64,000 nucleotides of DNA from a virus: positions 1 to 64,000 of the IMG/VR virus record IMGVR_UViG_3300035494_000060, one strand, 5' to 3'. The position numbers and the translations under genes were made by a program. A model generated the notes under the pieces. It was given only the letters and a program-made list of their open reading frames with translations, was not told where the DNA came from and made no database searches. Within the stretch, counting starts at the first letter, position 1. Each line of letters opens with the position of its first letter. Shown one piece after another: positions 56,968 through 63,945 of the stretch.

Positions 56968-58077
56968 GTAGTTGCGCAGCCAGGTTTTCGTCTGGTTGTG
57001 CACACGAGCCGGGTTGTCATCGGTGGTGGAGTCCATGCCCTTCAGGGCCTCCTTGAGGAGGTGAGGGTAGCCCAGTTCCTCCAGGGTGGCTTTGATGATC
57101 GGAGGGCGCGGCACGGCGCTCGGCATCACGCTCACGGTGTCGATACGCCCCGGGCGCAACAGCTCCTGTGGAATCTTGGTCATGTCGTTCGCCGTGACCA
57201 CCAACAGGGCGGCGCTGGTGCGTTCCTGCATCCACCACAGCAGCTGAGCCAGCATGCGCGGGGCAGAGCCAGAGTTGTCATCCGAGAATAGCTTGTCCAT
57301 TTCGTCGATCAGCGCCACACAGGCCCCGATCTGATCCAGGGTGGCCAGGGCCGCACGCAGGCTGGCCTCGGCCTCCCCCTGCCACTTGGACATCATGCTG
57401 GAGACGTCCAGGCGGTACAGAGGCACCCCCAGCTGGTTGGCCAGGTACTTGGCCGCCTGGGACTTGCCGGTGCCGGGCTCGCCATGCAACAGAATCCCGC
57501 GATCCGCCAGCATGGGGCGGTGGAACAGGAACCCTCGCATGTCATGCAGCCAATGGGACAGCATCATCGGCGGGTGGTAGTGCACTTCCTTCGTCGGGAT
57601 CAAGAACAGGCCGCGCACGGTCGGGCGGATGGCCTCGCGGGCACGCAGTAGCGCCCGGTGCGTCACTTCGTCACCGCACAGTGCCAGGGCGGCGGTGGCT
57701 TCCATGAAGGTCAGGCCTTGGAGGGCGTCCGCCAGGGTCTGCAAGGTCTCGTCGTCAGCATCGAGCATGGAGTCGAGCCAGGTGATCATGGCGCCTCGTG
57801 TCGGCAGCAGTTCACCGGCGTCTATCGCGTAGAACTGCCAGTCCAGGTCGTCAGGCGGGTTGATCAGGAACAGGGTGACCTCAGATTCCTTCATGGTCTT
57901 GTAGAGGTCACCGAGGTCTCGGTTGTCGTAGTCGACCATGTAGAAGGCGGCACCCGAGCCAGTCCCGTACTCGGTCACCTTCATGCCGCTCACCAGGGTC
58001 AGCGTGCGGGCCACGTGGGCCAGGTCCCGGCAGGCGAGCTTCACCATCGGGATGCCGCTCGTTATCAGGTCATTCAT
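56947..58077 (-). CDS. classical AAA+ ATPase (FtsH/Cdc48-type module)
   Basis: ORF 56947..58221, start reset to ATG 58077. Walker A GEPGTGKS, Walker B ALIDEMD, second region of homology VVTANDMTKIPQELLRPGRID. Confidence 0.85.
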   Translation of the reverse strand: MNDLITSGIPMVKLACRDLAHVARTLTLVSGMKVTEYGTGSGAAFYMVDYDNRDLGDLYKTMKESEVTLFLINPPDDLDWQFYAIDAGELLPTRGAMITWLDSMLDADDETLQTLADALQGLTFMEATAALALCGDEVTHRALLRAREAIRPTVRGLFLIPTKEVHYHPPMMLSHWLHDMRGFLFHRPMLADRGILLHGEPGTGKSQAAKYLANQLGVPLYRLDVSSMMSKWQGEAEASLRAALATLDQIGACVALIDEMDKLFSDDNSGSAPRMLAQLLWWMQERTSAALLVVTANDMTKIPQELLRPGRIDTVSVMPSAVPRPPIIKATLEELGYPHLLKEALKGMDSTTDDNPARVHNQTKTWLRNYLTNMNL

Positions 58078-58095
58078 GCGCTCTAGTCTCCAGAT

Positions 58096-58109
58096 TGCAA
58101 TTGGTTGCA
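58096..58109. repeat. 14-bp palindrome copy
   Basis: TGCAATTGGTTGCA in the ~90-nt 5' leader between P25 and the AAA+ start. Confidence 0.9.
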
Positions 58110-58179
58110 CGCAGGAGGGCAGGCGCGGCCTGTCTGTGTCCCCTCCATGCTGTCCGAGGTAGCCCCCGGATATGCCGCT

Positions 58180-58209
58180 ATTCTCCCAACCACCACCTGT
58201 GTTTGTCAA
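58180..58209 (-). promoter_or_regulatory. conserved sigma70-like promoter P25
   Basis: TTGACA-N18-GAGAAT. A terminator lies just upstream. Confidence 0.7.
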
Positions 58210-58219
58210 GCGGTTGGAC

Positions 58220-58261
58220 AAAAAAATCCCCCTGATCCTAGTGGGGGGAGGAGTCAGGGGG
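58220..58261 (-). terminator. intrinsic terminator after the lysis cassette
   Basis: Minus strand CCCCCTGA-N18-TCAGGGGG followed by ATTTTTTTG. Confidence 0.6.
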
Positions 58262-58283
58262 CGAGCAAGGAGTCTGGCAACAC

Positions 58284-58610
58284 TCAGTCAACTGTCACGG
58301 TAATGACGGCCTGATTATGCGCGGCGAGGCAGCGCTTGTAAACGGCCAACCTCGACTTGTAGGCCTGGATCACAGTCTTCACCTGCGCCAGCCCAACGGA
58401 CATGCGTTCGTAGTCGGCCAGGGGGAGCAGCAGGACAGGCTCGCCTTCGATCACCACCAGCTTGAAGGTCGGGGCATGCAGGCTGGGCCTCAGGACCAGG
58501 GGGTCTGGACCGCAGTCGATGGCCCGTGGCCTGGGGGCAGCCACCTGGTGGGGAGTGCAACCAACTGCAAACAGCAGCCCCAGGAGGACCACCAGGAGGA
58601 AGCGGATCAT
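58284..58610 (-). CDS. o-spanin (outer-membrane lipoprotein)
   Basis: Signal peptide plus lipobox LLGLLFAVGC. ATGA overlap with the i-spanin gene. Confidence 0.65.
   Translation of the reverse strand: MIRFLLVVLLGLLFAVGCTPHQVAAPRPRAIDCGPDPLVLRPSLHAPTFKLVVIEGEPVLLLPLADYERMSVGLAQVKTVIQAYKSRLAVYKRCLAAHNQAVITVTVD
58556..58569. repeat. 14-bp palindrome copy (variant)
   Basis: TGCAACCAACTGCA across the lipobox codons. Confidence 0.7.
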
Positions 58611-58975
58611 AGCGCGTCCTCCAGGTCCTTGAAGGCCTTCTGCGTGGCGGTGTTGATGCGATTCTCGACCAGGCCGGGCTTGGCCACCGCGAGCCGGCTG
58701 AGGTCGTGCTTGGCGAGGGTAGTCTGGAGCTGCTGGAGCTTCGTGTGCTGGGCTTCCACTTCCGTGTGCAGGTCAGCGGTGGCCGCCTCCACTTCGCCGG
58801 CGACGATGGCGCGTATCTCCTCCTCGCCCTGTAGCTGCTCCACCTGTGTGGTCAGCTTCCCGTTCTCCTCCTTCAACAGGGCGCGGTCGAAGTAGAGTTC
58901 AGTTCCCCACATCAGCAGGGCGCCCAGCAGCATCAGGGCGATCATCGAGCCTATATCCTTGAGTAGGGTCAGCAT
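58607..58975 (-). CDS. i-spanin (N-terminal TM plus coiled coil)
   Basis: IGSMIALMLLGALLMWG followed by a long heptad-like region. Confidence 0.6.
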   Translation of the reverse strand: MLTLLKDIGSMIALMLLGALLMWGTELYFDRALLKEENGKLTTQVEQLQGEEEIRAIVAGEVEAATADLHTEVEAQHTKLQQLQTTLAKHDLSRLAVAKPGLVENRINTATQKAFKDLEDAL

Positions 58976-59249
58976 TGTTCCGTGCCTCCGAGTAGAACTT
59001 GAACACCGCCGCTTGCAGGGCGGATATGGGGGTCAGGACGGCGCCAATGACTGCACCAACGTCCCAGGAAACGTCCTTGACCGGGATCGCAAAGGCCCAT
59101 TCATACGCCACCCAGGTCAGGTACAGCGTGAAGAACAGGACCATGCGGCGAATGATACGGCTGTCATCGACCTGCCGCCATAAGCCATTCAGTAGAGCGT
59201 GAAGGACCGACCATGCCCCTTCCACGTGGTAGATGATGCGCTGGTACAT
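58899..59249 (-). CDS. holin-like two-TM protein
   Basis: ORF-track 116 aa. MVLFFTLYLTWVAYEWAFAI and VGAVIGAVLTPISALQAAV. Overlaps the i-spanin start by 77 nt. Confidence 0.45.
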   Translation of the reverse strand: MYQRIIYHVEGAWSVLHALLNGLWRQVDDSRIIRRMVLFFTLYLTWVAYEWAFAIPVKDVSWDVGAVIGAVLTPISALQAAVFKFYSEARNNADPTQGYRLDDRPDAAGRPADVGN

Positions 59250-59264
59250 GGTCGGCCTCGTGGG

Positions 59265-59774
59265 TCAGAAGTAGAACTTGAGCACGCCATAGCGGAACAG
59301 GTGGCGTTCGCTCTGCCGGCGACGGGTCAGGCCAGGGATCGCGGTCAGCTTCCCATTGATGCGACCCTTGTTCCAGACGAGGAACTGGTCTCCCGCGCCA
59401 ACCACGTCACCGGCGGCCCACTTGCGCAACAGGGTGGAGTCAGCGATGTCCCCCATGACCCCATCGTGCACGCCGGCTCCGCAGTTGAAGATGATGGACA
59501 CCAGGGCATCGAACTGATCCTGGGTCGGTTGGATGTTGTAGTCGTCCAGCAAGCCATTGGCGTCGTCCTCGGCCCAGATCACGTCCTTGCGCAGCAGGGC
59601 ATCCGCCGCCTGAGCCGACATCGGGGTGACGAAGGTCTCACCCTTGCGGATCAGGTGGCCCCAGCCAATGGTCATGTGCCCGGTCGAGTCCTGGTAGGGG
59701 TGGGTGGCATGGCCGCCCTTGGGCCCCTGCTCGAAGTGCTTGATCAGTTCCAAGCCTGTGCTGCTGAGCTTCAT
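59265..59774 (-). CDS. endolysin, GH24 (T4/lambda-type) lysozyme
   Basis: GLELIKHFEQG...PYQDSTGHMTIGWGH carries the E-D-T catalytic triad pattern. Confidence 0.85.
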   Translation of the reverse strand: MKLSSTGLELIKHFEQGPKGGHATHPYQDSTGHMTIGWGHLIRKGETFVTPMSAQAADALLRKDVIWAEDDANGLLDDYNIQPTQDQFDALVSIIFNCGAGVHDGVMGDIADSTLLRKWAAGDVVGAGDQFLVWNKGRINGKLTAIPGLTRRRQSERHLFRYGVLKFYF

Positions 59775-60181
59775 CTAGGCGCTCCTGTCGTGGTTTGCGG
59801 GTCAGCGGCGCGAGCGTGCTGGCGCGTGTATCGGACGCGGAGCAGGATCACGGCAAGCAGGGTGCCAAGCTGGAACAACAGCGTGACGATGGGGTAGGCA
59901 AACAGATTGAACACCACCCCAAGATTGGCGCTGATTATCAGGCCGATCATCAGGGTGAAGGGGAGCCCGGACATGCCGGACTCGGCATCGCTGTGATGCT
60001 CCTTGATCAGCGCACCACCGAACAGGAAGCACATCAGGGCGCAGGCGACCCCGAGCGTTCGGGTCATCTGCAAGGTGCCCTGGGCAATGGTGTCCCCGAT
60101 CAGGACCCCCAACGCCAGGAACACCACCACAGCACTTGAAAGTTCAACATGCGCCATCCAGCAGAGCAGTCGGTTTTTCAT
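59771..60181 (-). CDS. four-TM membrane protein (holin candidate)
   Basis: ORF-track 136 aa with four hydrophobic segments. ATGA overlap with the endolysin start. Confidence 0.5.
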   Translation of the reverse strand: MKNRLLCWMAHVELSSAVVVFLALGVLIGDTIAQGTLQMTRTLGVACALMCFLFGGALIKEHHSDAESGMSGLPFTLMIGLIISANLGVVFNLFAYPIVTLLFQLGTLLAVILLRVRYTRQHARAADPQTTTGAPR

Positions 60182-60191
60182 GGTTGGGGGC

Positions 60192-60488
60192 CTACTTTTT
60201 GAAGGGGTGGGCAGCCGTGTCGTGGCGGTACTGCTCCGCCCCGAGTTCGGCCATGCGGATTTGCAGCTGGACGATCTGTGCTCCTAGCTCGTCGAGCTTG
60301 GCTGAGTGGCGATCCAGGCGGGCCTCCACTCGACGGCCACTGTCCTGGGCCTCCTTCAAGCCGTTGTGAAGGGGTGCGACCTGTGTGGCCACGTAGTACC
60401 CGAGCAACAGCGCTCCCACGGCGACGACCAGCCGCCACCCTACGGTGACACCATTTGGCTGGACGTTGATTTCTTCAGCACCGGACAT
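60192..60488 (-). CDS. single-TM coiled-coil membrane protein
   Basis: ORF-track 98 aa. WRLVVAVGALLLGYYVA. AGGAG RBS. Confidence 0.45.
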   Translation of the reverse strand: MSGAEEINVQPNGVTVGWRLVVAVGALLLGYYVATQVAPLHNGLKEAQDSGRRVEARLDRHSAKLDELGAQIVQLQIRMAELGAEQYRHDTAAHPFKK

Positions 60489-60556
60489 CGGGGGCTCCTA
60501 GTGGTCAAGCCCGGAGCGAGTAGGCTCCGCAGCTGAGTGCCAGCTTATGGCCACCT

Positions 60557-60586
60557 AACAAAAAGGGCACCCGAAGGCGCCCTTGT
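60557..60586 (-). terminator. intrinsic terminator between the tail-fibre and lysis genes
   Basis: Minus strand AAGGGCGCC-TTCG-GGTGCCCTT followed by TTTGTT. Confidence 0.65.
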
Positions 60587-60589
60587 TTT

Positions 60590-60603
60590 TGCAGTTAAGT
60601 GCA
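60590..60603. repeat. 14-bp palindrome copy (variant)
   Basis: TGCAGTTAAGTGCA abutting the terminator. Confidence 0.75.
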
Positions 60604-60765
60604 CTAGGCCCAACCGCCCCGGTTACCGGATGGAGCCACGGGGGCCTTCTCACGAATGACCACGGCCCGGAACACCATGCCGCCGACGCCCACTACCAGC
60701 CTGGCCACACGTGCGGCAGGGGCTGGGCCATTGTCCAACACGCGAGTGGCAGTATAGGTGGCCAT
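60604..60765 (-). CDS. hypothetical small protein (53 aa, below the ORF-track cutoff)
   Basis: Hand-translated MATYTATRVLDNGPAPAARVARLVVGVGGMVF.... AGGGGTGA lies before the ATG, 2 nt after the upstream stop. Confidence 0.3.
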   Translation of the reverse strand: MATYTATRVLDNGPAPAARVARLVVGVGGMVFRAVVIREKAPVAPSGNRGGWA

Positions 60766-60767
60766 GA

Positions 60768-61910
60768 TCACCCCTTATACAAGCTGAACTGATGTTGCGA
60801 GGTTATCCCAGGCGACACATACGTTTCATCCCCCACCACCAGTTCGTCCAAGTACGACAGCAGCACGCTGGACGTGTGTGCGTTCTCGGGGGAGACATAC
60901 GCGGGGGCCACCTTCGGTAGCTTGATGATGGGCTTGACGGTGGAGGAGTACACGTCCACCCCACTTAGAACCAGACCGATGCTGGACTCTAGCCAACCAC
61001 GTTCAGTGACAGTGTTGTCTGCCTTAGATGTGGTCGAATAGACAGACGTCCCAACTAGGTCGAAGGCCCACCGGATGGCGCGGGCTGACGTGGTGGTGTA
61101 GGGGTTCCATCCCCCAGGCATCCCGAACTCACTGGACAGAGGTTCAGTAAAGCTGCCGTAGGCATTACCAACACCCCTAGCAAACGTGATGCCCCGTGCA
61201 GTCTTGGAGCTGTCTGACGTTGTGAGGTTCACGGGACCAGGCAGGCTGACGTTATACGAGTAGAAGGACGCCACCAGAGGGAACGGCCAATTCTCGGGGG
61301 TAGCCCACGCCCCCAGCTCGGCGCGAGGCACGTCATACATGCGGATCAGCTGCTGATGCGTGGTTCCATAGTGAGCATAGATACAGGTCATGCCCTGAAT
61401 GCTTGACACCTGGAGCTGCATTTCCCCCGTTGAGATAGGGCCCGACGAAAACAACCCATTGATGGTGGAGGCGGTGCTGCTTGTCCCGGCCGTAAACAGC
61501 ACAGTGTTTGAGTTTGAATCAGCCCCAAACGCGGACGCACCGAACTGGTCAGATACCGCGAACCCTGTGACGTCTATTGGAGCGGGCCGCTTAGCCACCG
61601 GGTCCCAGGCACCGCAGGTCCAGCTGTTGTAGTTGAGGGTCCCGGACACGTCCGTAAGGATCAGGCCCATGGTCTTTGGGATGCCACCATCGTCGACACC
61701 CTCAAACACGAAGTGTTTACGGGTGGCGGTGTCCGCCAGCGCTTGAACAAAGGTCCAGGTGGCAGCCTCCTTGATCACCAATTCGGTGGCGGCCACGTCC
61801 ACAGAGGTCAAACTCGCAGCACTGACTACAGCACCCGTGAGCAGCCCCTTCAGGTCATTGGCCAGCTCAGTGAGGGTGGCCCCGTTCTTCAACGTCATCT
61901 TGCAATACAT
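60768..61910 (-). CDS. hypothetical structural protein (tail-fibre-associated)
   Basis: ORF-track 380 aa. AGGAG lies 7 nt before ATG 61910. Ser/Thr/Gly-rich. GC visibly lower, about 50-55% by eye. Confidence 0.5.
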   Translation of the reverse strand: MYCKMTLKNGATLTELANDLKGLLTGAVVSAASLTSVDVAATELVIKEAATWTFVQALADTATRKHFVFEGVDDGGIPKTMGLILTDVSGTLNYNSWTCGAWDPVAKRPAPIDVTGFAVSDQFGASAFGADSNSNTVLFTAGTSSTASTINGLFSSGPISTGEMQLQVSSIQGMTCIYAHYGTTHQQLIRMYDVPRAELGAWATPENWPFPLVASFYSYNVSLPGPVNLTTSDSSKTARGITFARGVGNAYGSFTEPLSSEFGMPGGWNPYTTTSARAIRWAFDLVGTSVYSTTSKADNTVTERGWLESSIGLVLSGVDVYSSTVKPIIKLPKVAPAYVSPENAHTSSVLLSYLDELVVGDETYVSPGITSQHQFSLYKG

Positions 61911-61936
61911 GGTGTTTCTCCTACTACTTGAGGCGG

Positions 61937-63016
61937 TCAGGCGCGTGGGAACGCTTCGGATGGTGGGGTGAAGGCTTCCGTATACCGGGCCACGCCCTTA
62001 GTCAAGCGGAACTCGTCTATATGCCCTGTCAGGTAGCGCATGTTACGGGGGTGCCCACCCAAAGATAGATGGGTCTGATCATAGGACACAGCATCGGCGG
62101 TAAGACTAGCCTCTAGTACACCATCCACGAACAGACGCACCACACCCCCGGTTCTGGTAACTGCTAAATGGTAGTACCGCCCGGTTTCCACCACAGTAGT
62201 CCCAGATAGAGTGCCCTCTTTGGCAATCGCAATCAGGGTCCCCGATACGGAGATAGCTAGTGTTAGGTCTAGCGTCAACAGAGTCCCATCTAATTCACCA
62301 TGCAGAGCCAGGATGACCCGGTTGAAGTCAGTGGTTGGGATGGTAGTGACATTAACGAAGACCTCAGCTGTGTAATCCCCCACCCCAAATGCCAGCGATG
62401 GATCAGAGCCTGTAATACGATCCCCACCACTGGCTGCGAATGCCCCTGCCCCGAACTTAGGAGTCGAAGACATCGAATTGGTGGACCCGGTTAGGGACGG
62501 CCCCACGTCAAGGGCTAGAGGTGTCGAGTCAAACCCGGCCAGCGCCACTACCGTGCTGAAAGGGGGCTCACCAACCGGCCCTGGCACGGGGTCTGGCGTG
62601 GATTCTGGGGTGCCCATCGTTAGGTAGTCCACTCGGATGCCAAGTCCGGTGCCCGCGCCTGCAATCAGTTGCACGTCGAAGGCGGTCTCAGCCGGAAACT
62701 CGGGCAGGGCGGACAGGTCCACGACCTCGCCCTCGGTAGCCCCAGCGGCCACGGTCGGATGCGCAATGCCATTGGCGGCCAAGATGTCGGCCCCGTCGAC
62801 GATCAGGGTGGCCTTGTATTCGGTGCTCACAGGTTCGTCAGCCCATACACGCAGGGCGGTCAGCTTGATCGGATGGCCAGTGATGCGAGGCACGTCACTC
62901 GTGAACGGTACTACCGCCCCATCCTGAAAGTAGTAGAAGGAGTCAGGCTTAGGGCCCGAGCTTCCACCCGAACCGCCGGAGCCGCCTGCTTGGCCCGGCC
63001 TGTAAATCTTTACCAT
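61937..63016 (-). CDS. tail fibre / receptor-binding protein with C-terminal LamG-like lectin domain
   Basis: Gly-rich N-terminus. C-terminal YYHLAVTRTGGVVRLFVDGV...LTGHIDEFRLTKGVARY fits the concanavalin/LamG pattern. Confidence 0.6.
   Translation of the reverse strand: MVKIYRPGQAGGSGGSGGSSGPKPDSFYYFQDGAVVPFTSDVPRITGHPIKLTALRVWADEPVSTEYKATLIVDGADILAANGIAHPTVAAGATEGEVVDLSALPEFPAETAFDVQLIAGAGTGLGIRVDYLTMGTPESTPDPVPGPVGEPPFSTVVALAGFDSTPLALDVGPSLTGSTNSMSSTPKFGAGAFAASGGDRITGSDPSLAFGVGDYTAEVFVNVTTIPTTDFNRVILALHGELDGTLLTLDLTLAISVSGTLIAIAKEGTLSGTTVVETGRYYHLAVTRTGGVVRLFVDGVLEASLTADAVSYDQTHLSLGGHPRNMRYLTGHIDEFRLTKGVARYTEAFTPPSEAFPRA
62660..62673. repeat. 14-bp palindrome copy
   Basis: TGCAATCAGTTGCA inside the tail-fibre gene, read as V-Q-L-I-A. 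Confidence 0.9.
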
Positions 63017-63021
63017 GGGGA

Positions 63022-63351
63022 TTACTCCTGAGTGAATACGCGGGCGCCGGCTGCGAGGCCGATCACCTTGACGAAGTTGTACGGGATGGCGAACTCGACC
63101 AAGGCCTGGGTCTCGGAGGCGGTGTCGATTGTCTGGTAGTCGAGCCAGTCAGCGTCGCTATGCAGCTTGACCTGCACGATGACGCCCGCCATTGCAGGGG
63201 TCAGGCCGGTGAGGGACACGGCGTATGGCGCGCTGGCCACACCACTCTCGGTGGCATCGGCGCCTTGGCGGGCCGGGGTCAGGGCTTGATCGTAGATGCA
63301 GAACGCTCGGCGCTGCATCGACAGGCTGGATTGGATCACGTTCGCAGACAT
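63022..63351 (-). CDS. hypothetical structural protein
   Basis: ORF 63022..63402, start reset to ATG 63351 (MSANVIQ). Confidence 0.5.
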   Translation of the reverse strand: MSANVIQSSLSMQRRAFCIYDQALTPARQGADATESGVASAPYAVSLTGLTPAMAGVIVQVKLHSDADWLDYQTIDTASETQALVEFAIPYNFVKVIGLAAGARVFTQE

Positions 63352-63397
63352 GGCTGTAGGCCTCTCGGTGGGTGTACCGGAAAGCCTACAACTACCG

Positions 63398-63411
63398 TGC
63401 AATTAACGTCA
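63398..63411. repeat. 14-bp palindrome, one-mismatch copy
   Basis: TGCAATTAACGTCA. Contains the stop of 63409..63645. Confidence 0.5.
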
Positions 63412-63645
63412 CACGTAGAAAGTCGGGACGTCCTGGGCCGCGCCTATGATGCCGGTCACCATGTTGTTTCTGATCACCACCCGCTGGCCCTCGGTGGGGG
63501 TCAGGCCTGGGGCGGCGGGGAAGGCCTGGATGCCATCCCGGGTAGCCACGTGGACCAGGCCCTCGGCGTACCGGGTGACCTCGCCGGACAGCTCGGACTT
63601 CGGCATCAGGAGTTCGCGCAGGGCGAGCAGGGCTTGGTTGCTCAT
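63409..63645 (-). CDS. hypothetical structural protein
   Basis: ORF-track 78 aa. ATGA overlap upstream. Confidence 0.5.
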   Translation of the reverse strand: MSNQALLALRELLMPKSELSGEVTRYAEGLVHVATRDGIQAFPAAPGLTPTEGQRVVIRNNMVTGIIGAAQDVPTFYV

Positions 63646-63944
63646 GGCGTGGGCCTCACAAGGGTGACGTTGAGGAGCGTGGTGGGCCCCTGGGTCTGGA
63701 TCGAGAGGCCGACCACCTTGCCCCGGTAGGTCTCGCCCTGTAGCGCGTCGGAGACCTCCACCAGCTGGCCACGCTTCACCCCACTGCGATAGCGGCAGCT
63801 CAGGTAGACCTTCTGCAAGGCTGTGGAGCTGGCGTCAATCTCGACCCGCCCACGCTCGACCATGACCAGCTGATTCGACAGCAGGCCATCCACGATGTCG
63901 GGGCCCTGGTTCAGGCCCTCACCGCGCTGCACGAAGATGCCCAT
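63642..63944 (-). CDS. hypothetical structural protein
   Basis: ORF-track 100 aa. Starts 2 nt after the upstream stop. Confidence 0.5.
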   Translation of the reverse strand: MGIFVQRGEGLNQGPDIVDGLLSNQLVMVERGRVEIDASSTALQKVYLSCRYRSGVKRGQLVEVSDALQGETYRGKVVGLSIQTQGPTTLLNVTLVRPTP

Positions 63945-63945
63945 G

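Noticed and set aside
3422-58221. ORF-track N-termini beginning MEG..., and internal peptides such as RLTNT, HLTNK and SLDE.
   Set aside because: MEG is the translation of the conserved RBS CATGGAGGG. RLTNT and the similar peptides are the conserved -35 region CGCTTGACGAACA read as protein. True starts lie 5-9 nt downstream of GGAGGG.
60529-60542. A sigma54-like element, TGGCAC-N5-TGC, upstream of the lysis cassette.
   Set aside because: The GG-to-GC spacing is one nt shorter than the canonical TGGCAC-N5-TTGC, and sigma54 tolerates spacing changes poorly. I found no second example. I leave it as unsupported.
2812-63411. Whether the repeated 14-mers could be a CRISPR array or a set of transposon ends.
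   Set aside because: Their spacing is irregular, from hundreds to thousands of bp. There are no uniform spacers, and no cas or transposase genes. Most copies lie inside conserved coding sequences.
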